DNA of 64,000 nucleotides from Escherichia coli (GTDB lineage Bacteria; Pseudomonadota; Gammaproteobacteria; Enterobacterales; Enterobacteriaceae): NCBI RefSeq assembly GCF_017348835.2, contig NZ_CP071375.1; one strand, 5' to 3'. Shown piece by piece: positions 52,902 to 64,000 of this stretch (position 1 is its first letter; each line of letters starts with the position of its first letter). The notes under the pieces were generated by a model. It saw only the letters and a program-made list of their open reading frames with translations, ran no database searches and was not told where the DNA came from. The position numbers and the translations under genes were made by a program.

Positions 52902-53801
52902 ATGACAGACAACACTCGTTTACGCATAGCTATGCAGAAATCCGGCCGTTTAAGTGATGACTCACGTGAATTGCTGGCGCGCTGTGGCATTAAAATCAAT
53001 CTTCACACCCAGCGCCTGATCGCGATGGCAGAAAACATGCCGATTGATATTCTGCGCGTGCGTGACGACGACATTCCCGGTCTGGTAATGGATGGCGTGG
53101 TAGATCTTGGGATTATCGGCGAAAACGTGCTGGAAGAAGAGCTGCTTAACCGCCGCGCCCAGGGTGAAGATCCGCGCTACTTTACCTTGCGTCGTCTGGA
53201 TTTCGGCGGCTGCCGCCTTTCGCTGGCAACGCCGGTTGATGAAGCCTGGGACGGCCCGCTCGCCTTAAACGGTAAACGTATCGCCACCTCTTATCCTCAC
53301 CTGCTCAAGCGTTATCTCGACCAGAAAGGTATCTCTTTTAAATCCTGCTTACTGAACGGTTCTGTTGAAGTCGCCCCGCGTGCCGGACTGGCGGATGCGA
53401 TTTGCGATCTGGTTTCCACCGGTGCCACGCTGGAAGCAAACGGCCTGCGCGAAGTCGAAGTTATCTACCGCTCGAAAGCCTGCCTGATCCAGCGCGATGG
53501 TGAAATGGAAGAATCCAAACAGCAGCTGATCGACAAACTGCTGACCCGTATTCAGGGTGTGATCCAGGCGCGCGAATCAAAATACATCATGATGCACGCA
53601 CCGACCGAACGTCTGGATGAAGTCATCGCCCTGCTGCCAGGTGCCGAACGCCCAACTATTCTGCCGCTGGCGGGTGATCAACAGCGCGTAGCGATGCACA
53701 TGGTCAGCAGCGAAACCCTGTTCTGGGAAACCATGGAAAAACTGAAAGCGCTGGGTGCCAGTTCAATCCTGGTCCTGCCGATTGAGAAGATGATGGAGTG
53801 A
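52902..53801 (+). CDS. hisG: ATP phosphoribosyltransferase
   Basis: Begins [18 protein letters not shown]; 299 aa. Confidence 0.95.
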   Translation: MTDNTRLRIAMQKSGRLSDDSRELLARCGIKINLHTQRLIAMAENMPIDILRVRDDDIPGLVMDGVVDLGIIGENVLEEELLNRRAQGEDPRYFTLRRLDFGGCRLSLATPVDEAWDGPLALNGKRIATSYPHLLKRYLDQKGISFKSCLLNGSVEVAPRAGLADAICDLVSTGATLEANGLREVEVIYRSKACLIQRDGEMEESKQQLIDKLLTRIQGVIQARESKYIMMHAPTERLDEVIALLPGAERPTILPLAGDQQRVAMHMVSSETLFWETMEKLKALGASSILVLPIEKMME

Positions 53802-53806
53802 TCGCC

Positions 53807-56177
<2,371 letters not shown>

Positions 56178-56178
<1 letters not shown>

Positions 56179-57244
56179 TGAGTCAGAAGTATCTTTTTAT
56201 CGATCGCGATGGAACCCTGATTAGCGAACCGCCGAGTGATTTTCAGGTGGACCGTTTTGACAAACTCGCCTTTGAACCAGGCGTGATCCCGGAGCTGCTG
56301 AAGCTGCAAAAAGCGGGCTACAAACTGGTAATGATCACCAATCAGGATGGTCTGGGAACGCAAAGTTTCCCGCAGGCGGATTTCGATGGCCCGCACAACC
56401 TGATGATGCAGATCTTCACCTCACAAGGCGTGCAGTTTGATGAAGTGCTGATTTGTCCGCACCTGCCCGCCGATGAGTGCGACTGCCGTAAGCCGAAAGT
56501 AAAACTGGTGGAGCGTTACCTTGCTGAGCAAGCGATGGATCGTGCCAACAGTTATGTGATTGGCGATCGCGCGACCGACATTCAACTCGCTGAAAACATG
56601 GGCATTACTGGTTTACGCTACGACCGCGAAACCCTGAACTGGCCGATGATTGGCGAGCAACTCACTAAACGAGACCGTTACGCCCACGTAGTGCGCAACA
56701 CCAAAGAGACGCAAATTGACGTCCAGGTGTGGCTGGATCGTGAAGGTGGCAGCAAGATTAACACCGGCGTTGGCTTCTTTGATCACATGCTGGATCAGAT
56801 CGCCACCCACGGCGGTTTCCGCATGGAAATCAACGTCAAAGGCGACCTCTATATCGACGATCACCACACCGTCGAAGATACCGGCCTGGCGCTGGGCGAA
56901 GCGTTAAAAATTGCCCTCGGCGATAAACGCGGTATTTGCCGCTTTGGTTTTGTGCTGCCGATGGACGAATGCCTTGCCCGCTGTGCACTGGATATCTCTG
57001 GTCGCCCGCACCTGGAATATAAAGCCGAATTTACCTACCAGCGCGTGGGCGATCTCAGCACCGAAATGATCGAGCACTTCTTCCGTTCGCTCTCATACAC
57101 CATGGGCGTGACCCTGCACCTGAAAACCAAAGGTAAAAACGATCACCACCGTGTAGAGAGCCTGTTCAAAGCCTTTGGTCGCACCCTGCGCCAGGCCATC
57201 CGCGTGGAAGGCGATACCCTGCCCTCGTCGAAAGGAGTGCTGTA

Positions 57245-57245
<1 letters not shown>
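56178..57245 (+). CDS. hisB: Bifunctional imidazoleglycerol-phosphate dehydratase / histidinol-phosphatase
   Basis: Begins [14 protein letters not shown]; 355 aa. Confidence 0.95.
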
Positions 57246-59323
<2,078 letters not shown>

Positions 59324-59330
<7 letters not shown>

Positions 59331-59935
59331 CAGAACAACAACGCCGCGAACTGGACTGGGAAAAAACCGACGGACTTATGCCGGTGATTGTGCAACACGC
59401 GGTATCCGGCGAAGTGCTAATGCTGGGCTATATGAACCCGGAAGCCTTAGACAAAACCATCGAAAGCGGCAAAGTCACTTTCTTCTCGCGCACTAAACAG
59501 CGACTGTGGACCAAAGGCGAAACGTCGGGCAATTTCCTCAACGTAGTAAATATTGCGCCGGACTGCGACAACGACACGCTACTGGTACTGGCGAATCCTA
59601 TCGGACCAACCTGCCACAAAGGCACCAGCAGCTGCTTCGGCGACACCGCTCACCAATGGCTGTTCCTGTATCAACTGGAACAACTGCTCGCCGAACGCAA
59701 ATCTGCCGACCCGGAAACCTCCTACACCGCCAAACTGTATGCCAGCGGCACCAAGCGCATTGCGCAAAAAGTAGGCGAAGAAGGCGTGGAAACCGCACTG
59801 GCAGCAACGGTACATGACCGCTTTGAGCTGACCAACGAGGCATCTGACTTGATGTATCACCTGCTGGTGCTGTTGCAGGATCAGGATCTGGACTTAACGA
59901 CGGTGATTGAGAACCTGCGTAAACGGCATCAGTGA
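59324..59935 (+). CDS. hisI: Bifunctional phosphoribosyl-AMP cyclohydrolase / phosphoribosyl-ATP pyrophosphatase
   Basis: 203 aa. Confidence 0.95.
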
Positions 59936-59975
59936 GTTGCGGGGTAAGCGGATGCGATGTTGTTGTCGCATCCGG

Positions 59976-60020
59976 CAAAAAAAAAACGGGCAAGGTGTCA
60001 CCACCCTGCCCGTTTTCTTT
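59976..60020. terminator. Bidirectional terminator between hisI and wzzB
   Basis: Hairpin cgggcaaggtg-tcac-caccctgcccg flanked by an A10 run upstream and a T-rich run downstream. Confidence 0.75.
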
Positions 60021-60033
60021 AAAGCTGCAAAGA

Positions 60034-61011
60034 TTATTTCGCGTTGTAATTACGCAGAGCATTACGCCCCAGCACAATCCCCGCGCCAACCATGCCGCCC
60101 AGCAGCACCGCCAGAATCAAGGTGATTGCCTTTTTCGGACTATCGCGACGAATAGGTAACGTCGGTTTCATTACATAGCGGTAAGCATGAATATCAAGAT
60201 CATCAACTTTTAAGCTTTCGATATCCAGCAGGTTTTGACGTGTCTGATAGTAGTTTGGTGAGAACACCAACGGACGGGTCGCCTCGTGCTTAATCATCGA
60301 CTCCAGCGCTTCGCTCCCCAAAAGGAACAACGTATCTTGTGTCACATCTTCAGTCTGCTGAACCTGTGGCTTTGTCACCTGCGCCTGATTCGCATACTGC
60401 AACGCTTCCTGAATCTGACGGATACGCAGATCTTTCTGCTCCTGCGCGACTACTTCCTGAGTTTTCAGAGAATCCTGCAAGTTTTTCATACGCAGCGCGA
60501 TGTTGTCTTTCAGGTCTTTTTCCAGTTCTTCGTTTACCTGGTCGTCAACTTGCTGGATATACTTCGCCAGCTGCTTCTGCGCACCTTCAGCTGTTTCACC
60601 AACATAAGAAACTGCTAAAGGTAATGACTGATTTTTGACGGTAGGCTCAATGGTCAGCTTTTCTGCTTCTTCCTGGTTATCCAGCGTTTCCGCTAATGCT
60701 GAGAATGCAGTGCTGTAACGTCCGATAAGTGAAGCCTGAATGTCGGAGACTTTCGGTACAGCCGGACCGTAAATCACATTCATCGCGTTGGTATAACCAG
60801 CGATTTGCCCCACATCAGGTTGAGTAACGATAGCTGTGGAAGTCCACTTTTCTTTGGCAACGGCCAGATACCCTATAGCCAGGGCAATAGCAACAATGAC
60901 AGAGATGATAATTGTCATCTTGCCGCGCCACAACTGCACCAGTAAATCAATCAAATCAATCTGTTCCGGGTCATGGTTTTGCCCAGAAACATTATTATTT
61001 TCTACTCTCAT
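60034..61011 (-). CDS. wzzB: O-antigen chain-length determinant (polysaccharide co-polymerase)
   Basis: Start placed at MRVENNNVSGQNHDPEQIDLIDLL; two transmembrane segments flanking a periplasmic coiled-coil region. Confidence 0.9.
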   Translation of the reverse strand: MRVENNNVSGQNHDPEQIDLIDLLVQLWRGKMTIIISVIVAIALAIGYLAVAKEKWTSTAIVTQPDVGQIAGYTNAMNVIYGPAVPKVSDIQASLIGRYSTAFSALAETLDNQEEAEKLTIEPTVKNQSLPLAVSYVGETAEGAQKQLAKYIQQVDDQVNEELEKDLKDNIALRMKNLQDSLKTQEVVAQEQKDLRIRQIQEALQYANQAQVTKPQVQQTEDVTQDTLFLLGSEALESMIKHEATRPLVFSPNYYQTRQNLLDIESLKVDDLDIHAYRYVMKPTLPIRRDSPKKAITLILAVLLGGMVGAGIVLGRNALRNYNAK

Positions 61012-61157
61012 CATTACCCTAACGGACGAAATAATTTTAAGTCGCCATAGTTTAGCGATAATCGCCATGAATGCTATAGGATAAATGATAAAAATAATGA
61101 ATTATTACAAAGGGAACATAAGAGAATCAGGGCGAAAATCGCCCTGATAACAGGATG

Positions 61158-62333
<1,176 letters not shown>

Positions 62334-62512
62334 TCAGAATTAACTTAACTGTGAATCATGATGTTTTTAGCATCCTGATAAGAGCTAAAAGTTTTAACGC
62401 TACGTTGTCAGATGGTCAACGCAACGAAAAACAATTCAGATTTTCTTTATAAGAATAGCTGATATTTATTAAGTTAATATTAAGCAGTGAAATTTAGTCT
62501 ATAAGATAATTG

Positions 62513-62548
62513 GCAAAAAAAAGCCCGGCGCAATATACGCCAGGCCTC
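62513..62548 (-). terminator. Intrinsic terminator after gnd
   Basis: Minus-strand hairpin gcctggcg/cgccgggc followed by a U-run. Confidence 0.6.
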
Positions 62549-62571
62549 AATTTATTGTTAGTTAAATAAGA

Positions 62572-63978
62572 TTAATCCAGCCATTCAGTATGGAACACAC
62601 CTTCTTTATCAATGCGCTTATAAGTATGCGCACCGAAATAGTCACGCTGTGCCTGGATCAGGTTCGCAGGCAGAACAGCGGCGCGGTAGCTGTCGTAATA
62701 GGCAACCGCAGCAGCGAAGGTAGGAACAGGGATACCGTTCTGTACTGCATAAGCAACGACATCACGCAGCGCCTGCTGGTAGTCATCGGCAATTTGCTTG
62801 AAGTACGGAGCCAGCAGCAGGTTAGCGATCTGCGGATTTTCGGCATATGCATCAGTGATTTTCTGCAGGAACTGCGCACGGATGATGCAGCCAGCACGGA
62901 AAATCTTCGCGATTTCGCCGTAGTTCAGATCCCAGTTGTACTCTTCAGACGCAGCACGCAGCTGAGAGAAGCCCTGGGCGTAAGAAACGATTTTGCCCAG
63001 ATACAGAGCACGACGAACTTTTTCGATGAACTCAGCCTTGTCGCCAGCTGGCTGCGCTTGCGGGCCAGAGAGAACTTTAGACGCGGCAACGCGCTGATCT
63101 TTTAGAGAAGAGATATAACGTGCAAACACAGACTCGGTAATCAGCGACAGCGGTTCGCCGAGATCCAGCGCACTCTGGCTGGTCCATTTGCCCGTACCTT
63201 TATTTGCTGCTTCATCCAGAATCACATCAACCAGGTAGTTACCGTCTTCATCTTTTTTGGTGAAGATATCTTTAGTGATGTCGATCAGGTAGCTGCTCAG
63301 TTCACCGTTATTCCACTCGGTAAACGTCTGCGCCAGTTCTTCGTTGGAAAGATTCAGGCCACCTTTAAGCAGAGAATAGGCTTCAGCAATTAACTGCATA
63401 TCACCGTATTCAATACCGTTGTGAACCATTTTCACATAGTGACCCGCACCATCGGCACCAATATATGTAACGCACGGTTCGCCATCTTCAGCAACGGCGG
63501 CGATTTTGGTCAGGATCGGAGCAACCAGTTCATAGGCTTCTTTCTGGCCACCAGGCATAATGGAAGGACCTTTCAGCGCGCCCTCTTCACCACCGGAAAC
63601 ACCGGTACCGATAAAGTTAAAACCTTCGGCAGAAAGCTCACGGTTACGACGAATGGTGTCCTGGAAGAAGGTGTTACCACCATCAATGATGATGTCACCT
63701 TTATCGAGGTATGGCTTGAGGGAATCAATAGCAGCATCCGTCCCTGCACCTGCTTTCACCATTAACAGGATGCGACGAGGCGTTTCAAGAGATTCAACAA
63801 ACTCTTTCACCGTATAGTAAGGAACCAGTTTCTTGCCTGGATTTTCGGCAATCACTTCTTCCGTCTTTTCACGGGAACGGTTGAAAATAGAGACGGTATA
63901 ACCACGGCTTTCGATGTTGAGCGCAAGGTTGCGCCCCATCACTGCCATACCGACGACGCCGATCTGTTGCTTTGACAT
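62572..63978 (-). CDS. gnd: 6-phosphogluconate dehydrogenase, decarboxylating
   Basis: 468 aa; N-terminal [12 protein letters not shown] Rossmann motif. Confidence 0.95.
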   Translation of the reverse strand: MSKQQIGVVGMAVMGRNLALNIESRGYTVSIFNRSREKTEEVIAENPGKKLVPYYTVKEFVESLETPRRILLMVKAGAGTDAAIDSLKPYLDKGDIIIDGGNTFFQDTIRRNRELSAEGFNFIGTGVSGGEEGALKGPSIMPGGQKEAYELVAPILTKIAAVAEDGEPCVTYIGADGAGHYVKMVHNGIEYGDMQLIAEAYSLLKGGLNLSNEELAQTFTEWNNGELSSYLIDITKDIFTKKDEDGNYLVDVILDEAANKGTGKWTSQSALDLGEPLSLITESVFARYISSLKDQRVAASKVLSGPQAQPAGDKAEFIEKVRRALYLGKIVSYAQGFSQLRAASEEYNWDLNYGEIAKIFRAGCIIRAQFLQKITDAYAENPQIANLLLAPYFKQIADDYQQALRDVVAYAVQNGIPVPTFAAAVAYYDSYRAAVLPANLIQAQRDYFGAHTYKRIDKEGVFHTEWLD

Positions 63979-64000
63979 TGTTTACTCCTGTCAGAGGGTG

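Overview
This window is an Escherichia coli chromosomal segment running from an accessory island, through the yeeJ-yeeL-shiA-amn-yeeN-asnW-yeeO-asnU-cbl-nac-asnV backbone, a second accessory island, ldtA(erfK)-cobTSU, yeeX-yeeA-sbmC-dacD-sbcB-yeeDE-plaP-yeeY-yeeZ, the complete his operon (hisL, hisGDCBHAFI), and wzzB-ugd-gnd at the edge of the O-antigen region. All calls come from reading the ORF translations and the sequence by eye; no database search was run. Two accessory regions stand out. (1) Positions 1 to about 13070 form a mosaic island: a P4-type integrase 3-prime fragment, an IS66-family element, a short Xer-like tyrosine recombinase next to palindromic site-like repeats, a ChpS/ChpB-like toxin-antitoxin pair flanked by imperfect direct repeats, a Ner/Nlp-like regulator operon, and a strongly AT-rich two-gene operon (954-aa protein with a C-terminal PD-(D/E)xK-like motif plus 534-aa protein with a C-terminal HEPN-like R-x4-H motif). 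I consider that operon the best candidate for an undescribed defence or abortive-infection module. It ends at an IS629/IS1203-like IS3-family element that has no target-site duplication and abuts a 5-prime-truncated yeeJ. (2) About 9.4 kb inserted between tRNA-Asn (asnV) and ldtA carries two galactitol-family PTS sets with sugar-phosphate isomerase, epimerase and dehydrogenase genes and two regulators. Other strain-specific features: a second IS629-like copy inserted in yeeO with a 3-bp GTC duplication, an in-frame amber codon in yeeJ, an intact yeeL, no CP4-44 prophage between cobU and yeeX, and no yefM-yoeB between yeeZ and hisL. No rRNA genes or CRISPR arrays were seen.
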